Shown piece after piece: positions 1-10,387 of a stretch of 40,737 nt of DNA. The notes beneath the pieces were generated by a model, which saw only the letters and a program-made list of their open reading frames with translations, had not been told where the DNA came from and did no database searches. Where the stretch lies: NCBI GenBank assembly GCA_021432655.1, contig MU271598.1:1-40737 (forward strand). Reading direction: 5' to 3'. The translations under genes and the position numbers were made by a program. This stretch comes from Atractiella rhizophila (taxonomy: Eukaryota). Position 1 is the first letter of the stretch. Each line of letters opens with the position of its first letter.

Positions 1-803
1 ACTCCGTCCTCGAAAGAGATTGCTCCGCTCGCCACGGCCGCTGAATATTCACCACTCGAATGACCCAAGAACCAGTCCGCGCTAGCACTCAGATCCGTGT
101 TGTAATCTTTCTCGAGAACTCGCAGGATTCCGATACTCGTTATCAAAATGGCAGGTTGGCAATTTGAACTTCGCATGAGGATATGCTGAGGAGCGTTTTC
201 TACAACATCCCTCAGACATTCCCAGCGTTCCTCGTCATTGTCCTCTGAAGTACGCTCGATATTCTCCAGCCTTTTTGCCATATGCTCCAACCCCAAACTC
301 TTCATCCACTCGTCCCATCTTGCCAGAACCTTTGTAGCCTCCTCCCACGTCTTTCGAAACGTGTCAAATTTCGAGTAGAAGGTAAACCCCATTTTCGGAT
401 ACTGAGAACCGGAACCAGGGAAAAGGAGAGCCGTGGGTCGTGGAGAGGAAGGACGAGGAGGGTTGTACTTCAACAACCACGCGAGATCTGTGGACTCGGG
501 GTCCCACAGCGACTCCAGCTTCAGACGTCCTTCCCGAGCGAGTCTTCGTTTGAGAGACTCCTCCTCATGTCCCTTCTTCAATGCTTCCCTGATAATGTGC
601 TGAATCTGCTGATCGCTCACCACTCTCGACGCTGGATGTTTCAGAGCCTTTTTGAGCAATCTTTCGATCTCCACATCCTCCTGCTTGAGATGGTCAATAG
701 GAACCGTACGATATCGCAATCTGTAAGCTTCGTCCGTTGGGATAGGGACGGAATGGGTTCCCGTGAATGTTCTGGCACCTTTGGCGAGTTGCTTTTTGAG
801 CAT
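1..803 (-). CDS. MCT1: Mitochondrial malonyl-CoA:ACP transacylase (FabD/Mct1 family); 5' part only, runs off the window start
   Basis: Manual minus-strand translation from ATG 803 is open to position 1 and contains TALLFPGSGSQYPKMG, SSNCQPAILITS and the acyltransferase nucleophile motif FLGHSSGEYSAAVASGAISFEDG. It is missing from the ORF track because it has no stop inside the window. The start may lie at ATG 886 via a short intron. Confidence 0.9.
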   Translation of the reverse strand, partial: MLKKQLAKGARTFTGTHSVPIPTDEAYRLRYRTVPIDHLKQEDVEIERLLKKALKHPASRVVSDQQIQHIIREALKKGHEEESLKRRLAREGRLKLESLWDPESTDLAWLLKYNPPRPSSPRPTALLFPGSGSQYPKMGFTFYSKFDTFRKTWEEATKVLARWDEWMKSLGLEHMAKRLENIERTSEDNDEERWECLRDVVENAPQHILMRSSNCQPAILITSIGILRVLEKDYNTDLSASADWFLGHSSGEYSAAVASGAISFEDG

Positions 804-1426
804 GGCTACCGCTGGACTCGCTGGCTTCGTTCGAAGTAGGGTTCCCGTGAAGAGCTGCAGTCAAGGAGCGTGAATAGATGTACCATGAATGTCACTTGAG
901 CTGAGTCGGGAAGAGTGATGCAAAGCTTCGTCGTTTTGAGAAACACAGCGGGGTAAAAGCCGGGGTGCCGCAGCGGGAATCCCCGGCAGCGATTTCACGC
1001 TGATTCAGTTCATTCCCGAGTTCCTCCGCTTCTACCCGAATGCCGGCGTTCCTGTCCGTTGGCCGTTAACTCTGTTTGCTTGCTTGTTCTGGATGTTCTG
1101 GAAATTGTTATAATTCCATGATTCTGTTTGAATGTGGTCAGGCTTGTTGTACCAAGTCCATCTCGAAATGTTAGTTTTATGTTTACTGTTCCGAAGAATT
1201 GTGAGGTGAATGCGCCATCACCTTGACCCAGCTCCGATACCAAACTCTGTTTTTGTTTTTGACGAGTGAGACATTTGCAGTCAACAACGCGCCTGGAAAT
1301 GGATCCCGAGAAACCGATCCATTGTTGCACCCTGCACCAACAAGCAAGCTGTTGAAGGCTTCATAACGAAGAAACCTTCACCTCTCCTATTCCATCACTG
1401 TCTTTTTTCGAAACAGGAAAGTCAAC

Positions 1427-2084
1427 ATGCTACGAGTTATCACTTTCTTGCTCATCCTGCTCATCAACCTCTCGCGAGCTCAAGATTTCGATAACAGGCT
1501 ACGCTGCGACCCTGGATTCATCCCTCGCAATGGAGGTTTGTCTTTCTCTCCACATCCTCGTCCGTGACCTTGACGACAACGGTGCAACAGCCTGCGAGCC
1601 GTATCACCACCCACGTCTCACTCACCACCACTCGACGAAGATGGTGAAGCCCATCGACACACTCTGTCCCTCCGAGCACGAGATCGCTTGTCCCCTTCCA
1701 CACTCTCCTTCCACACTCAGCGTGCAACACGGCAAACAGCGGAGTTCTGCGGCTGCTTCTTCGAGGGGGAGAACGACGAGTGCAGATGGGTACGAGTGTG
1801 TGGACCCCATTAATGATCTTTTCAATTGCGGCGGGTGTTCGGCTTTGAAACGCGGAGGTGGACAGGATTGCTCGACCCTCCCTCATGCGTTGGGTGTTGG
1901 ATGTGATGAAGGAACCTGCGAGATTTGTACGTTCCACTCTATCTCTGGATCTTTCGATGAGGAGAAGCTTGACAAAGTAACAGTGAGTTGTAAGCGTGGT
2001 TATAAAATCTCCCTTGATCGGAGACGATGCATTCCTGGAGCGAGAGTTCATCATCGTGGTCATGAGAGCTCAGGTTTGAAATAG
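1427..2084 (+). CDS. Secreted Cys-rich CPL1/PriA-like protein (3 exons)
   Basis: Signal peptide MLRVITFLLILLINLSRAQ; GT..AG introns at ~1536-1590 and ~1927-1983. The Cys pattern LCP..E.ACP...GYECVDP.NDLFNCGGC...GQDCSTLP.ALGVGC..G.C..SCKRGY matches the basidiomycete CPL1/PriA domain. Confidence 0.82.
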
Positions 2085-2943
2085 ATTCCCTTGTGGCCTT
2101 AGCTTTGCTCTTCCTGATAATTCTGCTCTGAAATTCTGGCGTAGATGATATGCTACGCTTGGTTGCACTTTCTATTTAATACTTGGGAAAGCTCTCTTTC
2201 GAACTTCAAAGTGCACCGTTCTTATCGTTGCATGTATGTATATTGGCATATAATTGACGTGATAGAAAAATATTAATTCCCTTTAGATTATGCACCATAA
2301 AACGAGAACGTTCCCAACCCCAACGTTTGGATGCAGAAATGACGGAATTTCCAAGCAACACGGACACTCTGAGACCAACAATTTGAGAACAAACTTGGAC
2401 CATTGTGTATCGTAATGCAGGAGATGATTTTGATGACTGGTTTGGTTGCAGACGGACAATCCCAGACCATAGACATGGGTGCCATAAGTTACAACTCTTT
2501 GGACAAAATTTAAAAAGTAATGTGATCGTTAAAGTGAATTCTCATCTAATCACTATTTTCTTGGTTGATAGTAGACCTTGGGCCAGCTCTGACTAGATCT
2601 GACTTGAATAAAGGTCACAATGTAGTTGGGTTTGATGCATAACACAGGCACCTGAATGAAAACCTCAAGTTGCTGCATACAACGCCAACATAGAAACAAT
2701 ACATGCAGGCAAAATGAAAGAAAAAGTTCTGGTAATCACTGTCAAAAGGAAAGACAGACCAATTCAGAGTCTTCCTTTTACAAACTCTTCACACGATAAA
2801 CCGTTGTTTTACAGCAAGAGAATCGAGTCTTCGATTTAGGACGCGTCCCCAATATCTAAACATAGAGTGTGAGTGGGAAAAAGTTGTTGTGACCGACCAT
2901 ATTTCTCTGGGCTGGGAAAAGGACACGTGCAAAAGGTTTGTGA

Positions 2944-3000
2944 ATCGAGAAGGCTCGACTGGCAAACCTTACCAAAAATTTTCGAATTTCTCGAATACTT
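2944..3000. promoter_or_regulatory. Possible degenerate heat-shock elements upstream of HSP60
   Basis: TTCtcGAA dyad at 2988-2995 and degenerate ATCgaGAAggCTC at 2944-2956, ~80-130 nt upstream of the HSP60 ATG. No perfect three-unit nGAAn array. Confidence 0.3.
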
Positions 3001-3072
3001 CCACGACGACAACATTTCTTCAGCCTTCTCACTTTTTATTTTCAGTTTCCATCCACCACTTCAACCGCCAAC

Positions 3073-5188
3073 ATGCTCCGCTCAGTCGCCCGCGCTACCC
3101 CCCAACTCCCTTCCCTTGCGCTCCGCCAGCAACGGCGGCATGCCCACAAAATGCTCAAGTTCTCGTCAGAGGCAAGAGCTTCCATGTTGGCCGGTGTCGA
3201 CATCCTCGCCAAAGCGGTCTCTGTTACCCTTGGGCCAAAGGGAAGGAATGTTATCATCGAGCAGCCCTTCGGTGGACCCAAAATTACCAAGTTCGTCACT
3301 TTTCATTTTTTTCTTGGATAGCAAACTGACAACGGCAACCAGGGATGGTGTAACTGTCGCCAAGAGCATCACTCTTCAGGACAAGTTTGAGAACCTTGGT
3401 GCAAAGTGAGTATTACCGTACATTTAAGGGTGTTGTGGCGAAAGTAGGGGGAAATTGCATGACGCGTCCACCCGGCGTTGTCGTCGCACTTTTCCCAATG
3501 AAGGTCACGAAAGTGGCACCACTGTATTTTTTCAATCTTGTTCTGTGCTCCAAGCAAGAGCGAAACGGAGCAGTGGGAGATTTTTCTACTTGTCTTCCAC
3601 CCTCAAGTGAAGGAACGTGCTGACGTATCATTTCGCTTTTCAAGGTTGGTGCAGGATGTGGCGAGCAAGACGAACGAGATTGCTGGCGACGGTACTACGA
3701 CCGCTACCGTCCTCGCTCGTGCTATCTACTCGGAAGGTGTCAAGAACGTTGCCGCTGGTTGCAATCCAATGGACCTTCGTCGCGGTTCGCAGGCTGCCGT
3801 TGATGCTGTTCTCAAGTTCCTTGATAGCAACAAGCGGGTAATCACCACTTCCGATGAAATTGCTCAGGTAAGGCTTCTCCAGTCATACGAATCCAAGATG
3901 TTAAAAGGTGGGCTTCAGGTCGCTACCATCAGCGCGAATGGCGATGTCCATGTCGGCAGCCTGATTGCTCAAGCCATGGAGAAGGTTGGTAAAGAGGGAG
4001 TCATCACCGTTAAGGAAGGCAGGACTATCGAAGACGAGATTGAGATCACGGAGGGAATGCGTTTCGACCGTGGTTACATTTCTCCCTACTTCGTTACCGA
4101 CGTCAAGACCCAAAAAGTAGAATTCGAGAAACCTCTCATCCTGCTCTCTGAGAAGAAGATCTCCGCTATTCAGGATATCCTTCCTTCCCTTGAGATGTCC
4201 GCTCAACAACGACGGCCCTTGGTCATCATTGCTGAAGATGTTGACGGAGAAGCTCTCGCCGCTTGTATCCTCAACAAGCTCCGTGGTCAACTCCAAGTCG
4301 CTGCCGTCAAGGCTCCAGGTTTCGGAGACAACCGAAAATCCATCCTTGGAGATCTCGCCATTCTTACCGGAGGAACTGTCTTCACTGACGAGCTCGACAT
4401 CAAGCTTGACCGTGCCACACCTGACCTTCTCGGCTCATGCGGATCCCTCACCATCACCAAGGACGACACCGTCCTCCTTCAAGGCACCGGCACTAAGTCA
4501 ATGATCCAGGAGCGATGCGAACAGATCCGTGCCCTCATGAACGACCCCACTACCAGCGATTACGACAAGGGTAAGCTCCAGGAGCGTCTTGCTAAGCTCT
4601 CTGGTGGTGTTGCCGTCATCAAGGTCGGAGGTGCCAGCGAAGTTGAAGTCGGTGAGAAGAAGGACAGGTACGACGACGCGCTCAACGCTACCCGAGCTGC
4701 CGTCGAAGATGGTATCGTACCCGGAGGTGGAGTTGCCCTTCTGAAGCATGTTTTCCGTTCCATCCTTATCCCATCACTAATGTTTGGTCTCCAGGGCTTC
4801 CCAAATCCTGAAAGATATCAAGACTGCCAACTTCGATCAGTCCCTTGGTGTTTCCATCATCAAGTCGGCCCTCACCAAACCCGCCCGCACCATTGTCGAG
4901 AATGCCGGTGAAGAGGGATCCGTCATTGTCGGAAACCTGCTTTCGCAATACGGTGACAAATTCGAGATGGGCTACGATGCCGCAAAGGGTGAATACGTCA
5001 ACATGATCGAGCGCGGTATCCTGGATCCCCTCCTTGTCGTTAAGACTGCCCTCGTTGACGCTTCTGGTGTCGCCTCTCTCCTCGCCACTTCGGAATGCTG
5101 TGTCGTTGACGCTCCGGAGGAGAAGAGTGCTCCCGCCATGCCTGGAGGAATGGGCGGAATGGGAGGTATGGGAGGAGGAATGTTTTAA
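3073..5188 (+). CDS. HSP60: Mitochondrial chaperonin Hsp60 (GroEL family), 5 exons
   Basis: Presequence [24 protein letters not shown]; motifs [50 protein letters not shown]-terminal [14 protein letters not shown]. Introns at 3291-3342, 3406-3644, 3868-3918 and 4746-4794 (GC-AG). Confidence 0.98.
3421..3609 (+). other. Putative structured RNA element inside HSP60 intron 2
   Basis: Complementary segments read by eye: 3421-3432/3598-3609, 3442-3452/3581-3591, 3459-3465/3475-3481, 3491-3497/3574-3580, GNRA hairpin 3504-3517, 3536-3542/3553-3559, 3546-3551/3567-3572. Confidence 0.6.
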
Positions 5189-6593
5189 AGAGTTGACTTG
5201 AGTGGATTCAGATCTGACGGACGGATGGGGACGGAGGTAGTTGAGTCCCTTCACTTCGATTTTTGATGGTCGTTTTTCTTTACTAGCATTATCACCACCT
5301 CGTCGTCTCCCCTCGCATTTTATCCATATACCTATCCATTTTTTCATCTCGAAAACGACTCGAAATTAACCATGGTCGAACCTACCCCTAGTTAATATTC
5401 ATGCTTGCAACTTCACGAGCCAATTTAATCCTTGTAAAATGTACAACTGTTCGCTCTTTTCGGTCTGGGCGGAGGCATCTGAAATGCAAACATGATTCAC
5501 CACTCAAGTTGCAGTTCATGGCCATCCTTGTCCGTTTTTGATGAACGAAGGGACCTTCAAAGGTCAACCAGCTTGTAAAGATGTGCCGTAGTTTCCTTGG
5601 TGAAAGGCGCTTTAAAAAAATATTCATTCGAGACGTTAGACCTCAAGAATACCGTGAGGCTGCAACTCCACACTGCAGCGACGCAAACCATTGGAATCAT
5701 TTCCTTCTGCTCAAGTGCTATTCACACATATTCACATTTAAAACTATTGACAACATATTCTCTGTCCTGACAGAATGAGCAAGGACAAGAACCAATCAAC
5801 TAATCATCCAGTTTGGCCGTGATGCTTCGTTCCTTTGTGCTTGATGAACCAAGCGCAATGTGATAAAGTGAGAGAAGTGCGTACTCCATAAGTTGTATCT
5901 TTCCCCGTGTTATCGTTCTTAATCGTATACGTCTTATGCTGTTCTTGTGTCAGATATCTGATTAACATCTTGATAAAAAGGGAGACAAACATCGGGATCA
6001 TCTTTTTTCGGTTTCTCGTTTACCTTTCGATTAATTTACCCCAGATTTTAGAGAGTATTAAAAGGAATTACGCTAACTACCTCTCCCGTCGATTTACTCT
6101 TTGCGCTCTTTGGATCCTCTACATTCCCAGTTAGTGTCCGCTTGGAAAACACTGTTTGGGCGAAGCAAACTGACTTGCTTGATGGTATGGAGCATACTCC
6201 ACCCTATCACCCTCCTGAATGTCTGACATTGCTTCTGATTCTTGTTACCTTTGCAGTATAGGGATATTCGTTGCTTTTGTGCCAGTATTCTTTGCCCTGA
6301 AAGCTCGACGACGTCAGCAACGACGTCATCGGCCTGAGTAAAGAACAACGTTGAACAAACGGACAGCCCAATATTGGGAACGCTTCTGGCCCGGACTTGC
6401 ATGAGGTAGTGCTTTGGACTGTCATCTCTTGTACTCATTAGAGCGGTCATAAGGATCGGAGCCTACGACGCAAGCACTTATATGTATTCTGATACTTGTT
6501 CTCAGATGAATCCGGATGTTTGCCTGACGGGTGACACGCGAGTTTGTGCGAAGAATGCAATGATATTGTTTGAAATCAAGTCACTGAGCTCCC

Positions 6594-7803
6594 TTAAACG
6601 CTTCTTACCTGTACTTGCATTTGGGTCACATTGCCACTGCTTTGATCTGTTGCAGGATTCCTCTTCTCTGGTCTCTTGAACTCTATACCATAGTGACCAC
6701 CAAGCCCATATATTCTCCTTAAATCGAAGAAAGCGAAGGCTGAGATAGCGATGCACTCCATGAGGAGCTGGAGGATGTAGAAGAGTGTCCTGGAGCGCAC
6801 GGTAGAGTAAAATAGTTCCATGGGCAAGGGGTATGCAGAAGCGTCTTGTGGAGTGGGAACGAGGACGAGGACGAAGATGACGAGTTTATAGAACGTCAGA
6901 ACTGACTGTTCCCTCCGTTAATAATGTTCTCTTCCTGCTTGAAAAGAGCATTACCAAAGCGAACGTTACGATCAAAGGAAAGAGTAAATATTCCTTCGAG
7001 ATCATGCTATAATCGGCGTCGGGGCCAAAATAGCGCGCCAAGTTGAAGAGGCGCGGCTTCCCCGTTCGGAGACAGTAGCTTCTCTCGAAGTAGAAGAAGA
7101 GAAGGGTTGTGAAGAAGGTGGAGACTATCGTCCATGGGATGGATGCGGCTAGGAAACGAAGCTTGTGTACAGTTCGTTGTCGCCCAAGATCCCCAGAGCG
7201 TGCATCCCACCAGAAGAAGACTGAGATTATTCCCAAGACCAGCTTTAATGACTTCTTCATAATCAATTTCTCGAATGCACAAGAAGCAGACGTACTGCGC
7301 ATAATAACAACACCTGCCAATAAATCGTCAGCTTTCTTTCACAGGGTGAGATGAAGGAACTATCTTTAAAATTTTGACAATATATCGACCCAATGAGATA
7401 TATTTCTCCCCATATGCCCTTTCCGTGAGGTTCGGGAGGGGTTTCAACATTGCGAATATGAGGGTGAAATAAGCTATCGTTATCTGACCTTCTTTGATGA
7501 TCGTGATCGCCTTGCTGTCTCTGCCGTGTCCCAGCGCCTGAGCGAGATGCAAGCAGAGAGAAGGTGCCTGTCCAATGGTAGCCAGCACAAGCGGATGTGG
7601 AGCGAAAGCCAATGCTCGTCTGGGACGATTGAGAAAGAGGTTCCATAACGATAGGAATGTAAGGAGGACGAAGAGCACCAGAAATATTATTGTAGGCACC
7701 AGATCCTGCAGTTGCGATAAGAAAGAGCTTTAAGCTGCTAACAATGTAAACCTACGCTTCTCGTCGCGACCCCTCCACTAAGGACAGGCATCTTGTAAGG
7801 CAT
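6594..7803 (-). CDS. Multi-pass membrane protein, DUF3112/RTA1-like (paralog A)
   Basis: Spliced model MPYKMPVLSGGVATRS|DLVPTIIFLVLFVLL..., several hydrophobic helices, C-terminal PQDASAYPLPMELFYSTVRSRTLFYILQLLMECIA. Clearly homologous to the gene at 31223-32379. The family name is recalled from the GG..T..D..P.IIF N-terminal motif, not from a search. Confidence 0.75.
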
Positions 7804-8539
7804 AGTTGGTCCAGAGATTCGTAAATGGATTCAAATTTTACTTTGCTAAAGAAGCGATAAGAAGGAGTTGCCAACTTCTCTCCATACCGTTTTTGTATTC
7901 TTTCGGGAAGAAGTGCATTACATGTACGACATAACTTACACATGCGTCTGGGATAGTTCGTGATGACAGTGAAGACGATTTCGACAATCAGGTCTCAAAG
8001 GTAAAAGCGCAGGCATTACGCTGTGAAAGCAGAAGACGACTGAAGGTACTTGCTGGCCACTGCTTGGCGGCGTGCTTCCCGACTGGAGGGGGCACAGAAA
8101 GCAGGACGGAACTGTGTTCTTGTAAATCCAAATCAACCTCTCCGTAGTGAAAAAGTGAGCATTGTTGCACTCTCTTTTACCCGACGAGCCACTCAAGTTG
8201 CTTTGTCTGCGTCTGTCATGACTACTGCGAGCACCCGCCGTGGTACTTCCCACATCACGAACCACTAGACCGGGTTTGTCCAGTTCGTGGATGTGTTCAC
8301 TTTGGTCGGGTATACTAGAGTTTTGGCGGATTGGAAAAGTTGGGTTTGAACGGCGCGATCTTCCAGCATCGCCGAACTCGGAGAGGAAGATGAAGAATTT
8401 CCACAACGACTCGACATTCTTTCACTCAAGGGCACGACCTCACTTGACCAGTTAGAGCTTCATCTCGTGCGCATTCCTGTGGGACCATCTCAGCCCCGTG
8501 ATCTAACCTAAACACAAGCAGAAAACAGCCTATTACGAC

Positions 8540-9361
8540 ATGGCGACTTTCTTTGCCTGGCTTCGCTCGCCAGCTGCGCGGGACTACTTTATGAGTACAC
8601 ACTTGTACATTTCTTAGCCCTATTTGGCATTGCGTATGAGGTCTAAATGCTTGTTTCGGTATGTGGTGAAGTTGGGGACCAGTAAGTCTTCCATTCTGTG
8701 TCACACGAGGACTGGTTGGGTTGAGAGTTGTGTGTGCAAAGGTAGCCAATTGGGGCCTTCCCCTGGCCGCCCTAGCAGACATTCGCAAAGAACCTGATCT
8801 CATTTCGGGTCCCATGACCACCGCTCTTGCTTCATACTCGTGAGTGGACTCCCCTCCCGTCTTTAGCTGCACGGGCTGAGGCCGAGAATAGAATGGTTTT
8901 TATGCGGTTTGGTGAGCCCTTTTCAGCGATCAATGAAAACGGTATGAGATGACGAATTGTGTATGATCAGCGTGGATGGTGCAACCTCGAAATTACTTGT
9001 GAGTCTGCTTTTTCGCCAACAGGGACGCTAGCGGGCTGAACAATGCGAATCATAGGCTCTTTGCATGGTGCTTTTCTTTCATTTACTATTCTTCAGGTCC
9101 CTAAAGCTGGTACTAGCCACGCAACAAACGCTTCGGCACAATCAGTCCAGTTGTTTCGGTTTCTGAACCACCATGGGTTTGTCTTCGCTCTCCTTTCACC
9201 TTCAACAGCTCAACTGATTTCGCACTGGCAACAGATATATAGGATCGGGGTCGGGTAAGAGCGCCATAGAGGATGGGAAGGCAGAAGCGAAGCATGCAGT
9301 AGAGGCGACGAAGGCAGAGGCTCAGCATCTTGTCAGTGCTGCTAAGAAAGAGCTGAAATAG
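8540..9361 (+). CDS. MPC1: Mitochondrial pyruvate carrier subunit 1, copy 1 (8 exons, 139 aa)
   Basis: Exons 8540-8604, 8672-8681, 8742-8839, 8892-8911, 8971-8998, 9056-9067, 9117-9176 and 9235-9361 (all GT-AG) give [98 protein letters not shown]..., which carries the MPC1 signatures STHFWGP.ANWG.P and VQPRNYLLFACH. Confidence 0.95.
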
Positions 9362-9566
9362 ACTCAGAACACCTCTTGGTTGGAGGGTGGAAGAGGGAGA
9401 TGGATGGGTTTACATGCTGTGCAAATTTCCACAACGACTCGACATTCTTTCACTCAAGGGCACGACCTCGCTTGACCAGTTAGAGCTTCATCTCGTGCGC
9501 GTTCCTGTAGACCATCTCAACCCCGTGATCTGACCTGAACGCAAGCAGAAAACAGCCTATTACGAC

Positions 9567-10387
9567 ATGGCGACTTTCTTTGCCTGGCTTCGCTCGCCAG
9601 CTGCGCGGGACTACTTTATGAGTACACATTTGTACATTTCTTAACCCTATTTGGCATTGCGTATGAGGTCTAAATACTTGTTTCGGTATGTGGTGAAGTT
9701 GGGGACCAGTAAGCCTTCCACTCTGTAACACGAGGACTGGTTGGGTTGAGAGTTGTGTGCACAAAGGTAGCGAATTGGGGCCTTCCGCTGGCCGCGCTAG
9801 CAGACATTCGCAAAGAACCTGATCTCATTTCGGGTCCCATGACCACCGCCCTTGCTTCATACTCGTGAGTGGACTCCCCTCCCGTCTTTAGCTGCACGGG
9901 TTGAGGCCGAGAATAGAATGGTTTTTATGCGGTTTGGTAAGCCATTTCTAGCGATCAATGAAAACGGAATGAGATGGTGAATTTGTGTATGATCAGCGTG
10001 GATGGTGCAACCGCGAAATTACTTGTGAGTCTGCTTTTCACCAACAGGAAGGCTAGCCCGCTGAACAATGCGAATCATAGGCTCTTTGCATGGTGCTTTT
10101 CTCTCATTTACTATGCTTTGAGTGTCTAAAGCTGGCATTTAGTCACGCAACAAACGCTTCGGCACAATCAGTCCAGTTGTTTCGGTTTCTGAACCACCAT
10201 GGGTTTGTCTTCGCTCTCCTTTCACCTTTAACGGCTCAACTGATTCCACATTGGCAACAGATATATAGGATCGGGGTCGGGTAAGAGCGCCATAGAGGAC
10301 GGGAAAGCAGAAGCGAAGCATGCAGTAGAGGCGACGAAGGCAGAGGCTCAGCACCTTGTCAGTGCTGCTAAGAAAGAGCTGAAATAG
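9567..10387 (+). CDS. MPC1: Mitochondrial pyruvate carrier subunit 1, copy 2 (same predicted protein as copy 1)
   Basis: Same 8-exon structure with intact splice sites; all exon differences I could find relative to copy 1 are synonymous. Confidence 0.93.

Noticed and set aside
282..839. 185-aa plus-strand ORF
   Set aside because: Antisense shadow of the minus-strand malonyl-CoA:ACP transacylase frame.
2100..2870. AT-richer interval with short ORFs upstream of HSP60 (possible head-to-head HSP10 or a TE relic)
   Set aside because: No GroES-like motif or transposase signature in any frame I read.
3555..3575. GAAACGGAGCAG resembles SRP RNA helix 8, and GAGC-GAAAC resembles a hammerhead core
   Set aside because: The SRP CAGG 5' strand and the stem closing the tetraloop are absent, and there is no Alu-like 5' domain. 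The hammerhead CUGAnGA motif is missing. TPP riboswitch motifs (CUGAGA, CUUGAU) are also absent.
5390..6500. Short ORFs, including 118 aa at 6094-6450(-)
   Set aside because: No recognisable motif and no convincing spliced model; a small hidden gene cannot be excluded.
7830..8400. 156-aa Cys/His-containing minus-strand ORF next to the MPC1 duplication
   Set aside because: Non-ATG start and no consistent zinc-finger spacing; more likely the shared promoter region between paralog A and MPC1.
8426..10354. Duplicated minus-strand ORFs (148/94/75/71 aa) as small secreted peptides or pheromone precursors
   Set aside because: They are antisense to the spliced MPC1 genes, have no CAAX ending, and one is frameshifted between the copies while the MPC1 frame is preserved.
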